Assembly (NCBI RefSeq): GCF_006345805.1
Contig: NC_043001.1
Coordinates: forward strand, 22,010,001 to 22,074,000
DNA length: 64,000 bases
Reading direction: 5' to 3'
From: Octopus sinensis
Taxonomy: Eukaryota
Shown here: positions 24,916 through 37,400 of the stretch, in pieces
Layout of the letters: the number at the start of each line of letters is the position of its first letter
Numbering within the stretch: the stretch's first letter is position 1
The notes under the pieces: generated by a model
The model's database searches: none
What the model was told of the DNA's origin: nothing
What the model saw: the letters and a program-made list of their open reading frames with translations, nothing else
Translations under genes and position numbers: made by a program

Positions 24916-25030
24916 CCAAACTGATACAATGCCATCACTTCACTATGAATTTCCAACAGGCTACAACCAAGAGTTTGGTTGTAGACGGTTTAAAGTAAGC
25001 GAAGGCCTGTTTGATCCAAGCATTATCAAG
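24916..25030 (+). CDS. ACTL6A: ACTL6/BAF53 internal exon, 115 nt
   Basis: ctccag acceptor, gtaaca donor; [38 protein letters not shown] versus human [34 protein letters not shown]. Confidence 0.96.
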
Positions 25031-25157
25031 GTAACATTTTCACTATTCACTTCAAATTAGAAGAAATTCTTTATCAACTGATATAATTTGTCTCTGAGAT
25101 ATTTAGGTTAAGAAATATCTTGTTTTATAGCCTTGAGCTAACTAATACCTCCTAAGC

Positions 25158-25714
25158 CTGTTTTTCAACCAATTTTCACCTATGGACCCTTGATTCCTAT
25201 TTTACTTTGACGGACCCTCATAGTCATTCAATATTTAAAAATCCTATTACATTTCTCTAATTGTGGAGGCACATGGCCTAGTGGTTAGAGCAGCGGACTT
25301 GCAGTCGAGGGATCGCAGGTTCGAATCTCAGACCGGGCGATGTATGTGTCTGAGCGAAACACCTATGCTCCACGTAGCTCCTGCAGAAGGTAATGGCAAA
25401 CTTCTGCTAACTCTTTCGCCACAACTTCCCCTCACTCTTTCCTCCTGTATCTTGCAGCTCACCTGCGACGGACCGACGTCGCATCCAGGTGGGGAACCTA
25501 TACACCAAGGAAACCGGCCCTAATGAGCCAGGCATGGCTCGAGAAGGAACAAACAATATTTTTCTTATTAAATATTATTAGGAATTGCATAAAAAAATTG
25601 TTAGAATATTTTGTGTATTGTTGATGTATAACCAATTTAATGGAGATAAATTTCAACAGTAAAATCTGGTATGAACCCAACAAGGGCCATGTGGATCCCA
25701 GTTGAGAACCACTG
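25158..25714. mobile_element. hAT MITE (18221 family) interrupted by SINE family D
   Basis: tttttcaacc..tatggacc left end; gttgagaaccactg right end; degenerate TSD tcctaagc/gtctaagt. Confidence 0.65.
25263..25556 (+). mobile_element. SINE family D (tRNA head, V-SINE-like)
   Basis: A box tggcctagtgg, B box ggttcgaatct, ctgcgacggaccgacgtcgcatccagg motif; relatives at 35243, 39130, 16964 and 37615. Confidence 0.78.
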
Positions 25715-26107
25715 GTCTAAGTGAATTTGGTCTATGGAAACTGTAGGAAGCCCTTCATATGCATGTGTATATGTATGCGTGTTAATGTCATTATTTGGGT
25801 GAAACAGTAGTTATGTTTACATTTCCTGTCGACATTATAACCAACCATTTTGGCTTTTTAAAGCCATGTAGAATAGAAAATCCCTTTCTTGAAAAACAGG
25901 AGTGGGTTGGCATCAAGTAAGGCCTCCAGCTGCTTAAAATCAATTTCCATTCAAGCCATGCTATCATGATAAAAATGGATGTTAAACAAACGAATGACTG
26001 ATGACCATTCTTATTTATGATAGTGATGGTATTATTTAATTGCAGGCCTTCATTGATCAGATCTGTAATCAAAGATATTCCAGCTTTGACCATCATGTAT
26101 TTTTGTA

Positions 26108-26672
26108 AATAATAATAATAATGAAATTATTGTATACAGTGCTCAGGTGCACCACAACTTGTCAAAAGTGCTTATAAAGCATATGCAGTAATGTGCAAAT
26201 GTTTGAAAAGTGAACAGTGTATGAGTCAGATACATGCTTGCGTGTGTATGGAGGGGAGAAAATCAGGTGTAGTGTTGGCGAATCTCAGGAAGCATGGAAG
26301 TTTTGAAGGATGCAGTGCTCCGACAACTAACAACTGATGCCGGCAGTTTGTTCCATGCTTCAGCAACTCTTAGCATGAAAAAATGTTTCCGAAAGTCATG
26401 GGAGCTGTGCTGTTTTCTGACTTTGCAAACATGTCCACGGGTGTTAGACAGGTGGAGTTTGAAAAGGTGCTCAGAGTTATTGTTAGTAAGATGGTTAATA
26501 ATTTTATGGGTGTCTGCCAAGTCAGCTGCCAGACGTTGGAGTTTCAATGTATCCATGCCCAGGGAAGTATGGCGTTCAGAATATGGCAAATGCCTGATGG
26601 AGGGCATTCTCCTGGTTGCACGTTGCTGAACGGCTTCCAGACGAGTAATATCCTGGGCAAGATAGGGGTTCT
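26108..26672 (-). mobile_element. CR1-clade LINE 3' fragment
   Basis: ORF 26263-26607 is the CR1 C-terminus; (ATT)n tail. Confidence 0.9.
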
Positions 26673-28099
26673 AAGACTAGTTGATACCTTTTGGTTCAGT
26701 CAGTGCTTCAGCATCTTAGACACTTGGTTCTGGTAACTTTTCTTGACCACAATGCCTTTTTTTGATTGCATTAATTTTCTCTGCTAGTTTATCACCTTTT
26801 GGGCCATAAACTGCTTATTGTCAATAAAATTATTGCAAAATAATTTATTTTGAAATTACTTTGTGGTTAAAATGTAAACATTTACTTCACATTATTTTGT
26901 TCCTCTTCTTCCTCCAAATGGTCATACAAAATTCTATACTCTTTGAAAATCACCACTGGACAATTCTGAACCCATTCATCTTGGGGTCAGTATGGTTGTT
27001 TTCAGTATAAAACACCTCATCTGCATCAGTGAAAATAAACTAATATATCAGACATTCTAAAGCGGCCTGTCCTTGTTCATCACTCACTGTATTCACCTCT
27101 ATCTCCATTTCTAATCATCTGTCACTCCCTTCTTACATTCTCCCAAACTTATCCCTCTACTCATTCTGTTTCTCTCTCCTTATTCTCTTTAATATTCATC
27201 TTGTTGATCTTGAGATACCCAGACACCTCATCACCATTGTTCTTTTCTTTCTTTCCTGTTGGGGATAGCCATGTATCTCCTCTACACCAAGACACCTGTT
27301 TTATTCTCTCTACCACCTCTCAACAACTTGTATAAAGCCACCTCCCTCTCTACTACACTCTTCATTCAGTCAAGGGGTGAGACAGTCCTTGTGTCCTTGT
27401 GAGTTACTTGGTGACTTCACTAGTATTGGTGCTACAAAAGAGAAAAACGCACCCAGTACACTCTGTGAAGTGATTGGCATTGAGAAAGTCTCAAACCTTA
27501 GAAACCTTGCCAAAGTATACACAGGAGTTTGTCACTGTCCTTCAGCTGGTCAGATACTGTCAAACCTCCAGCCCATCTCAGCATGGAACTCTGGGCATTA
27601 AATAATGATGATGATAAAATTCACTGATTTTGGTTTTAAACAAAGTCAACAGGAAAGTTGCAAACGTTGAAAAATCAAGCAAGCAAAATATCTGTATGCA
27701 TTTTACATCATACAATGCAATGAACAGGTATTAAAGAGTTGGACAATATTACAAGGCTGCCAGTTATTTTATAGAAGACATATATAATTAGCTGAATTGG
27801 CTCTAAATTATCCTGAGAGGGGTAAAAAGCAGTTTCAGTTTTAGTGTGATTTGAACTCAGCCATAAGACAAAAATTTAAGCTGGGCGACTTTTAGTGTTG
27901 TGTTCTACCAATTCTATTAGCCTTCTATGTTACATACTAATCTAATTTTATATTTAACCTTTAACTACTATAAAGTATACCTATAGGCTATACTTAATGA
28001 CACAGCAACTAAATCATATTCCTATTAAGAACATAATTATCTGTTTGGCTTAATATAATGATATAGGCAAAAATTTGTTGAGGATTATTGGGGTTGTTG

Positions 28100-28430
28100 A
28101 TCATCATCATCATCGTTTAACGTCCGCTTTCCATGCTAGCATGGGTTGGACGATTTTGACTGAGGGCTGGCGAACCAGGTGGCTGCACCAGCTCCATTCT
28201 TGATTTGGCAGAGTTTCTACAGCTGGATGCCCTTCTTAACGCCAACCACTCCGAGAGTCTAGTGGGTGCTTTTTACGTGCCACCGGCACGGGGGCCAGTC
28301 AGGTGGTACTGGCAACGACCTTGCTTGAATCCTTTTACACATGCCACCAGCACAGGTGCCAGTAAGGCGACATTGGTAACGATCATGCTCGAATGGTGCC
28401 CTTTTACGTTCCACTGGCACAGAAGCCAGT
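28100..28430 (-). mobile_element. SINE family C
   Basis: (CAT)n tail, core and subrepeats on the minus strand. Confidence 0.85.
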
Positions 28431-29199
28431 TGGCTGGTTTTAATTAATAATAATAAGCTAAGTGTATCAGACAAATGCATTTTTTTTCTAGCTGTTTTTT
28501 CCTGATAATCTGTCTAACAGTTTTCATTTTCTTTTTTTATTTTACACTACATGATATTTCAAGATCAACAAAAAAAACCCCACTTTAATTCAACTATCTC
28601 TGCCTCCCACTCAAAACTTATATTTGTATGAAAGTAGTTTCTGTAGATGGTTGTGGTGAACCCTCTTATTACTTCAAGGAGTGAGGTGTTCAGCAAGACA
28701 CAGTTAAAAAAAAATAAAGATAACCATCACCCTGTGGTCACCTGTGTACAGGGTCAAAGCTGAAGACTGAATAGCATCTTTCACCTGTCCCTGTTGTCTC
28801 TTTTCCTATCACCATTGAACTTATGAAGGAAGTGTGTTGGTTTGCTGAACAACCAGCATGATAAATATTCTTATGGTTTGTGCTGAGCCAATCTCACTCT
28901 CGTCCTTTAAATGTGTATTCATCTGGTTACAATGCTTGCATGAATTCCTCTGACTTTCTGTCATCATCCAATTTTATTGTTTATCATATTTGACAGGTTA
29001 GAAGGATTGCAGTTTATGTCATCACAAATCAGTTTGATACACATCTTGGTTTTGTCCTCTGCTAGCTCTTTTTTGTGTAGGCTCCCACAAAAGAACTTCA
29101 CTAACAATTTCGTCTTTAGCTCACCAGCAAAACTCTGTGAATCTAAATCTATTCTCTTTGATGATGTCTGATACAGACTGAAGGTTCCCATACAATTAC

Positions 29200-29800
29200 T
29201 CATTGGTCAGACAATCTCTGCAAGTGACACAGTTATCAGTCTCTGTGTTAACTCTGACAAAGCAGAATACATAAGCTTAAATCCAAATGGAACAATCAAA
29301 TCATTATCTAGCATACCTCTCAACTGTGTAGAAGAATTTACTTATGTAAGTAGCAAATTTTCTAACTGTGGGAATGATATAAACACATGTATTGGTAAAG
29401 CCTGGGCTACTATCAATAAGTTTTCTCTAGTGTGGAAATCTAGACTTCTAGAAAATATGAAAAGGAGTCCCTTTCAAGCCACTGTTTCCTATTTTATTTA
29501 TGGCTCTTCAGCATGGGTCCTTACCTCAAAACATATATTGGCCTGGAATAACAAGTGCTACAAGCCTAGTAGCTTATCAGGATGCTGGATATATGGAGTT
29601 ACCTTCTCTTAGATGAACTGTTGAAGAGCTCAAGTGCCTCATCTGCCCTTGGTCCTTTTAGGTATCTGTCAGTGACCCTTATCCAGAAGTAATTCTTTGA
29701 CATTCTAATTAACCCATGGCTGAGCTGGGATCCTAGCAGGTGCTACTACTCCAGGTTAGAACCATAGTGGCTAAAAGGTGGTTCCACAGAGCATAGTTTT
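29200..29800 (+). mobile_element. Decayed RTE-like RT C-terminal remnant
   Basis: EEFTYVSS..DINTCIGKAWATINK..VWKS..YGSSAW motifs. Confidence 0.6.
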
Positions 29801-29908
29801 CTGAAGATGTGTCTGTTCAAACAAGTGAAAGACTACTATGTCCATTACTTAACTATTCTTAAATACAGACGTTTTTAATGCATTTTTTCTATGTAAAACT
29901 TATTGCAG

Positions 29909-29989
29909 GATGTTCCGGGAAACACAATGCTAAGCGTAGGCCATGTTGTAACAACAAGTGTTGGAATGTGTGATATTGATATACGACCG
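29909..29989 (+). CDS. ACTL6A: ACTL6/BAF53 internal exon, 81 nt
   Basis: ttgcag acceptor, gtaagt donor; [27 protein letters not shown] versus human [27 protein letters not shown]. Confidence 0.97.
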
Positions 29990-30545
29990 GTAAGTTAATT
30001 AATTTTACCTTTCTTATTGCTACCTCCATGTGTGGCATTTTTTTTTTAGGAATTTGTTAAAAATGTGTGTGTGTATGCCAGATGTATACTTCTGTCAGTG
30101 TTGTCTCTATATACACATGATGTGGGTGGGTTTGTCTGTATGTCTATACTCTATATTAGTGTTTCTCAAACTTTTTACTCTTCCTCACAGAACCCTGGTT
30201 GAGAAATGCTGCTGTGTGTGTGTGTGTGTATATACACATACGTGTGCTAGGATTTATGTGTAGTTTTATATTTCTGTCAGTCTGTGTACACATGTGTGTG
30301 AGTCTGTATATTTCTGTACATTATATGTGTGTGTACGTGTGGGAGTCTGTATATGTCATTTAGACTGTTGCCATGCTGGGGCACCACTTCAAAGAATTTT
30401 AGTCGAACAATTTGACTCCAGATGTCAATACATACATTTTTGCTGAACTAGTAAGTTACTTGGGAAGTAAACACCATTAATTGTCAAGTGGCAGGTGGTA
30501 CACACACACAGACACTCTCTCTCTTTCTCTCTCTCACACACGTGA

Positions 30546-30604
<59 letters not shown>

Positions 30605-30607
<3 letters not shown>

Positions 30608-31448
30608 TCTTTTACTTGTTTCAGTCATTTGACTGTGGCCATGCTGGAGCACTGCCTTTAGTCAAGCAAATCGACCCCAGGACTTATTTTTTGTAAGCCT
30701 AGTACTTATTCTATTGGTCTCTTTTGCCAAACTGCTAAGTTACGGGGGACATAAACACACCAGCATCGGTTTTCAAGCGATGTTGGGATGGACAAACAGA
30801 CACACAAACATATACACATGCACACACACATACATACATACATACATACATACGATGCTGGTGTGTTTATGTCCCCGTAATTTAGCGGTTCGGCAAAAGG
30901 GACCGATAGAATAAGTACTAGACTTATAAAGAATAAGTCCTGGGGTTGATTTGCTTGACTAAAGGCAGTGCTCCAGCATGGCCACAGTCAAATGACTGAA
31001 ACAAGTAAAAGAGTATATATATATATATATATATACACTCTTTTACTTGTTTCAGTCATTTGACTGTGGCCATGCTGGAGCACTGCCTTTAGTCAAGCAA
31101 ATCGACCCCAGGACTTATTTTTTGTAAGCCTAGTACTTATTCTATTGGTCTCTTTTGCCAAACTGCTAAGTTACGGGGGACATAAACACACCAGCATCGG
31201 TTTTCAAGCGATGTTGGGATGGACAAACAGACACACAAACATATACACACGCACACACACATACATACATACATACATACATACATACTATGCTGGTGTG
31301 TTTATGTCCCCGTAATTTAGCGGTTCGGCAAAAGGGACCGATAGAATAAGTACTAGACTTATAAAGAATAAGTCCTGGGGTTGATTTGCTTGACTAAAGG
31401 CAGTGCTCCAGCATGGCCACAGTCAAATGACTGAAACAAGTAAAAGAG
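30605..31448. repeat. Tandem duplication of a palindromic head-to-head SINE A pair
   Basis: 30605-31013 and 31036-31448 are almost identical; each is an inverted repeat; (TA)n at all junctions. Confidence 0.92.
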
Positions 31449-31559
31449 TATATATATATATATATAGTCGAAAAATGATTAGAGATCTATACAAATCAAA
31501 TTTTTATATATAAAAGGTGGAAGTGGAAATAGTACAGAAGTAAATCTAAGACATTTTAA

Positions 31560-32050
31560 TTTAAGAAGGAATTTTAAAAATTATATCAAGAAAATATTAC
31601 CGATTTCGATGATGAATCTCATCTTACCATTAATATCATGGAAAATTTATATAAATTTGAAGTAAAAACAGTTTATTTTCTCTCAAGGGGTCAAAAACAT
31701 GTCTGGAGATTTTTCCTTGAAGTCTTCTTTTAATATAGTTTGCTATAGAGTTCAAAGTGTCAGTGAGAGAGAGGGTGTAGTTGTCTATTGTCTAAAAGAA
31801 AACTTCGTGGGTTCCTGCCAAGGGAGTGACTTAAAAGCATTTATTGAATGGGTTTTGTGTCTACTTGTGTGTGTGTGTATTGTGCTGAATGTCCTTTCAA
31901 TATGTTTAGAATGTGACCAGCTGTGTGTTGTTGGGTGTGTATGTTGTGATGAATGTCTTGTTCAAGAAAAAATTAGGATTTTCCTTTGGGTTAGATGAGT
32001 GTCTCCACCTGTGTGAGTGTGTGTGGTTTTTTGCAATGTTTTCCTTTGTG
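31560..32050 (-). mobile_element. Possible Penelope-like remnant
   Basis: Decayed T/N/K/H-rich minus-strand ORF-like tract, ending near gatgagattcatcatcgaaa. Confidence 0.3.
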
Positions 32051-32183
32051 TGTGTTTTTTTGTTGTTTTCTTTTGTGTGTGTTTTTTTGTTGTTTTCTTT
32101 TGTGTGTATGTGTGTGTGTGCCGAGGTGTGTGTGTGTTTTTGTGATGTTTTCTTTTTTGTGTATGTGCGCAGGTATATATATA

Positions 32184-32584
32184 GGTGCAAGAGTCGCTGT
32201 GTGGTAAGTAGCTTGCTTACTAACCACATGGTTCCTGGTTCATTCCCACTGCATGGCACCTTGGGCAAGTGTCTTCTACTATAGCTTCGGGCTGACCAAA
32301 GCTTTGTGAGTGGATTTGGTTGGCGGAAACTGAAAGAAACCTGTCATATATATGTATATATATGTATGTGTGTGTATATGTTTGTATGTCTGTGTTTGTC
32401 CCACCAACATCGCTTGACAACTGATGCTGGTGTGTCCCCGTAACTTAGCGGTTCGACCAAAGAGACCGATAGAATAAATACTAGGCTTCCAAAGAATAAG
32501 TCCTGGGGTTGATTTGCTCGACTAAAGGCGGTGCTGCAGTATGGCCACAGTCAAATGACTGAAACAAGTAAAAGAGTAAAGAGT
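32184..32584 (+). mobile_element. SINE family A
   Basis: Head, core and tail present. Confidence 0.88.
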
Positions 32585-32759
32585 ATTGGAAAAAAGATTT
32601 AAGAAATGACGGGAAGTATTTTTCAACAGGTTAATATGTATAAAATTGCTTTTAAGTGTCTGTTCTTATTTATTGGTTGGTAGTGATTGGGTCTATATTT
32701 AATTGTGGTTTATAATTGTTAATAAGTTGCCTTTCTTTATTTAGTCTTTGTTGTTGGTT

Positions 32760-32980
32760 GATGTTCGATGCCAGGCCCGCCTGGCTGGCTCCTGTGCCAG
32801 TGGCACATAAAAAGCACCCACTACACTCTCAGAGTGGTTGGTGTTAGGAAGGGCATCCAGCTGTAGAAACATTGCCAGATCAAAATTGAACCTGGTGCAA
32901 CCACTGGCTCTCCAGACCTCAGTCAAACTGTCCAACCCATGCCAGCATGGAAAACGGATGTTAAACGATGATGATGATTA
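32760..32980 (+). mobile_element. SINE family C
   Basis: Core and (TGA)n tail. Confidence 0.83.
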
Positions 32981-33299
32981 TTAGTCCAAATATGCTTGAT
33001 ACACGTTCGAATTGGCGAACAAGCTACTCACTGCATTTTGTTACGGAGAATATATCTCACTTCTTGACAAATGGTGTGTGTATACACCTAGATCAGCTCT
33101 CAGCACCATCTACACAGACTGAGATGCTAGCATTTCAGAGTAGTTATCTCCTCAAAATCCTGTGGCTGTGATCTCGATATTGGGAAAGGTAACAGTAATA
33201 AATAGTTGGATATATTAGAGGCAGCACCCCAATACTGGTGATGATGATGATGATGATCATGGTGTACATGATGTTGAAGATACTAATAACAGTAATGAT

Positions 33300-33600
33300 G
33301 GTGATGATTAACAGTTGTGCTATGGTGAATGGTGATGCTTAATCATTTTGATGAGGTGAGTGGTGACAAATTAATGATTCTGTTATGGTGGATCAGGATG
33401 ATTAACTATTATGCTATGGTGAGTGGTGATCATTAACAATTGTACTATGGTGAATGGTGATGATTAATGATTGTGCCATGGTGGACCATGATGATTAACG
33501 GTTGCGTTATGGTGGATGGTGATGATTAAGGATTGTACTACAGTGGATCATGATTAATGATTGTGCTATGATAGATGGTGATGATGATGAAGTAGATGAT
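33300..33600. repeat. Degenerate tandem repeat, about 32 bp
   Basis: gatgattaac..ttgtgctatggtg(a/g)atggt repeated. Confidence 0.7.
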
Positions 33601-34970
33601 GGTGATGATGATCATCATCATCGTTTAACGTCCGCTTTCCATACTAGCATGGGTTGGACGATTTGACTGAGGGCTGGCGAACCAGATGGCTGCACCAGGC
33701 TCCAATCTGATCAGGCAGTGTTTCTACTGCTGGATGCCCTTCCTAACGCCAACCACTCCGAGAGTGGTGGTTCTACTAATAGTGAGAAGAGCGACTGGTG
33801 ATGGATGTGGTGGCGGTGGATGTGATGATGGTTATATATGTGGTGGTTGAATTAATGGGGGTGATAGAGTATGGGGAAGAGGTGATTGTAGTCATGAAGC
33901 TGGTAGTGGTAGTGAGGTTGCGTTGGTGGCGGATGGTGGAAGTTGGTTGATGTGAAGTAATGACAGAAGACTGTGCTGAAGCAGACGAGGATGTTGATGT
34001 CTGTGGTGATAGTTCCCAGGGCTACTGGGAAAAAGGTGGTGTGTGGAGCTAGTGGGGATTAGAGTAGGGGCTGGTGGTATTGGTGGTTGTGTTAAAGAGC
34101 TTGCAATAAAATAGTAGCAATTCTCATGAAGTCAAGAGCTGAGGAGTTGATGGGTAGGAAGTCTACTTGAGCAACTTTAGATACATCATCATCATCATCA
34201 TCATATACAGACAAATACAGGACCACACTAAACCCACAAGCATGTATATATACAAACATAATCACATTCTTCTCTCTCCTCTACCCCACATCTACACAGA
34301 GAAACATATAAAAACTCCCCACAAACACTCAACCAGAAACACAAATAACCTCATACAAGCACACATATGGAAAGAATTGCACCCTCAGACAACCATGTAT
34401 GTATCACCTGTAAAGTACATCTTTGAAAAGTAATTTACTGTGGTATTTGTCCCGAGATTACACACATATATTGTATGTCTGTGTGTATATTGTGCAAGTA
34501 GGCTAGTCTTGAATTGTGTGATAGGGTTGTAATGAGACCTAAAACCTCTATTTTGTCGTGGTGGCATGGCACAGTTGTGCTATGACTTCATGACTACAAC
34601 CACCTCTTCCCCATACTCTATCACCCCCATTAATTCAACCACCACATATATAACCATCATCACATCCACCTCCACCACATCCATCACTATTAGCAGAACC
34701 ACCACTCTTGGAGTGGTTGGCGTTAGGAAGGGCATCCAGCTGTAGAAACTCTGCCAGATCAAGATTGGAGCCTGGTGCAGCCATCTGGTTCACCAGTCTT
34801 CAGTCAAATCGTCCAACCCATGCTAGCAAGGAAAGCGAATGTTAAACGATGATGATGACGATCACCATCATCTACTTCATCACCATCTATCATAGCACAA
34901 TCATTAATCATGATCCGCTGTAGCACAATCCTTAATCATCACCATCCACCATAACACAACCATTAATCAT
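33491..34970. repeat. Local inverted duplication with arms of about 400 bp, including a SINE C and unique flanks
   Basis: 33491-33899 is the reverse complement of 34586-34970. Confidence 0.9.
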
Positions 34971-35242
34971 CCAATTAGAGCTGGCTGTGGAAGGATACAT
35001 GTGGGAACTTCTGCTCAGCAGTATATGCGTGTTTTTCAAAGAGCTAAATCAGTTGCAGATTTGATAGCTCTAGAGGCAACATCACTCTTTCTGCTTTGTG
35101 TCTTTTACATTGTTCACTATCAACGCTGCGCAACTCATTTGACTTATATCTATAATCATTCTGCAGCATTATAAACCACCATGGTTAAATACATAGTTAG
35201 TCAGGGCAAATTCATTCATGTCTCACTACACATCTCTCTCAA

Positions 35243-35487
35243 TGGAGGCGCGTGGCCTAGTGGTTAGGGTGTTGCACTCATGATCGTAAGGTTGTGGTTT
35301 CGATTCCTGGACTGGGCGATGCGTTGTGTTCTTGAGCAAAACACTTCATTTCATGTTGCTCCAGTCCACTCAGCTGGCAAAAATGAGTAATCCTGCGATG
35401 GACCGGCATCCCGTCCAGGTGGGGAATTTCTATGCCACTGAAACCGGGAAACTGGCCCTTATGAGCCTGGCATAGCTCAAGGAACAT
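35243..35487 (+). mobile_element. SINE family D
   Basis: ggaggcgcgtggcctagtggttag..ggtttcgattcc head; ctgcgatggaccggcatcccgtccagg. Confidence 0.8.
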
Positions 35488-35746
35488 TTACACATCTCTC
35501 TCCCATTGCTCTACATTTTTTAACACACACACACTAACATAAAAATTCTTATACGCTCACTTTGCTTAGCATTTGTCAACAATCCAAAATAAATTACTAT
35601 GCTTCGTAAACAAAACATGCCTTCTGACATTTATTTCTACACACACTTCATTCCACATTATATTTTGACATTGTTATCTTCCAAAACATTACATTTGAAC
35701 ACATTACAACTTTGAACCCGTTACTTTAGTGACAACCTACAACATT

Positions 35747-36138
35747 GGCGCAGGAGTGGCTGTGTGGTAAGTAGCTTGTTTACCAACCACATGGTTCAGA
35801 GTTCAGTCCCCATGGTGAAGCACTTTGGGCAAGTGTCTTCTACTATAGCCTCGGGCCGACCAAAGCCTTGTGAGTGGATTTGGTAGACGGAAACTGAAAA
35901 AAGCCTGTCGTATATATATATATATATATGTTTGTGTGTCTGTTTGACCCCCCTCTCAACATCGCTTGAAAACCGATGCTGGTGTGTTTACGCCCCCATA
36001 ACTTAGCGGTTCGGCAAAAGAGACCGATAGAATAAGTACTAGGCTTACAAAGAATAAGTCCTGGGGTCGATTTGCTCGACTAAAGGTGGTGCTCCAGCAT
36101 GGCCACAGTCAAATGACTGAATCAAATAAAAGAATAAA
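35747..36138 (+). mobile_element. SINE family A
   Basis: Head, core and tail present. Confidence 0.88.
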
Positions 36139-36263
36139 AGATTTGGTAACTTACCACTAAAGGGTAATTAAGTTTTGCTAGTTGTGGACTACACAAGAGT
36201 AATGTGTATCTCTGCTTATGCACTATAATTAGGCCTTGTATCTAAACAGAAGAGCTACTTTTA

Positions 36264-36672
36264 AGGCGGCGAGCTAGTAGAAACGTTAGCATGCCGGGCG
36301 AAATGCTTAGCGGTATTTTGTCTGCCGCTACATTCTGAGTTCAAATTCCGCTGAGGTCGACTTTGCCTTTCATCCTTTCGGGGTCGATTAAATAAGTACC
36401 AGTTATGCACTGGGGTCGATGTAATCGACTTAATCCGTTTGTCTGTCCTTGTTTGTCCTCTCTGTGTTTAGCCTATTGTGGATAGTAAAGAAATAGGTAT
36501 TTCGTCTGCCGTTAGGTTCTGATTTCAAATTCCGTCGAGGTTGACTTTGCCTTCGGGGTCAATAACTTAAGTACCAGTTATGCACTGGGATCGATGTAAT
36601 CGATTTAATCCGTTTGTCTGTCCTTGTTTGTCCCCTCTGTGTTTAGCCCCTTGTGGGCAATAAAGAAATAAG
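36264..36672 (+). mobile_element. SINE family B dimer
   Basis: Same dimer junction as at 21758. Confidence 0.82.
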
Positions 36673-37167
36673 AAGAGCTACTTTTATAAGGCTATTGCAG
36701 ATTACCTCCAAAGTGAATAACAGTGACATCATGATCATTGCTGATTATTTTGATGGGTAACATGGAGAAAGTTTCTCTGGTGTGCCTTGGAAACTATGGT
36801 TGTGCTACATAAAATGCTCATGTAGTAATGTGATGATAATTACCTTATTTGCAACATCACCTTCAAGTCACTGGTGAACCAGATGATCACCTACCAATTG
36901 GGTGAGTACTGAGGCCAGATAGGCTTTGTACTCACTAGAAAAAGTGGAAAACATTGTTTGTGAATAGTAAGTCTACCCTTAGTGAAGAAAGCACCACCTT
37001 ACATAGATTTGTAGTTGGTGACTTCAGAGTAAAAGCTCAATAGAAGACAATCTGGAGAAGGAAGACAGAATTGGAAAGAGCGAGCAATCAGTGTATGCTC
37101 AGAGATGTATTTGGCACATTGCCAAAAGGGAGGAAGAGACAGAAATTTATAATATATATAATATATA

Positions 37168-37400
37168 AGGTAGCGAACTGGCAGAAACTTTAGCATGCCG
37201 GGCGAAATGATTAGTAGTATTTCGTTTGCTCCTACGTTCTGAGTTCAAATTCTGCCGAGGTCCACTTTACCTTTCATCCTTTCAGGGTCGATTAAATAAG
37301 TACCAGTTACACACTGGGGTCGATATAATTGACTTAATCCGTTTGTCTATCCTTGTTTGTCCTCTCTGTGTGTAGCCCCTTGTGGGCAATAAAAAAATAA
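37168..37400 (+). mobile_element. SINE family B
   Basis: Head, core and tail present. Confidence 0.82.

Noticed and set aside
25263-25335. tRNA gene
   Set aside because: A and B boxes are present but it continues into a SINE body; it is a SINE head
30158-30211. 54-bp minimal hAT-like element
   Set aside because: TIR-like ends are present but there is no matching 8-bp TSD
31590-31630. Hammerhead-like gatgagattcatcatcgaaatcggta on the minus strand
   Set aside because: The CUGA core is absent; too degenerate to claim
31699-32284. Cluster of overlapping Cys/Val- or Thr/His-rich ORFs
   Set aside because: These are translations of (TG)n/(CA)n low-complexity sequence, as are most YIYI/HTHT/CVCV ORFs in the track
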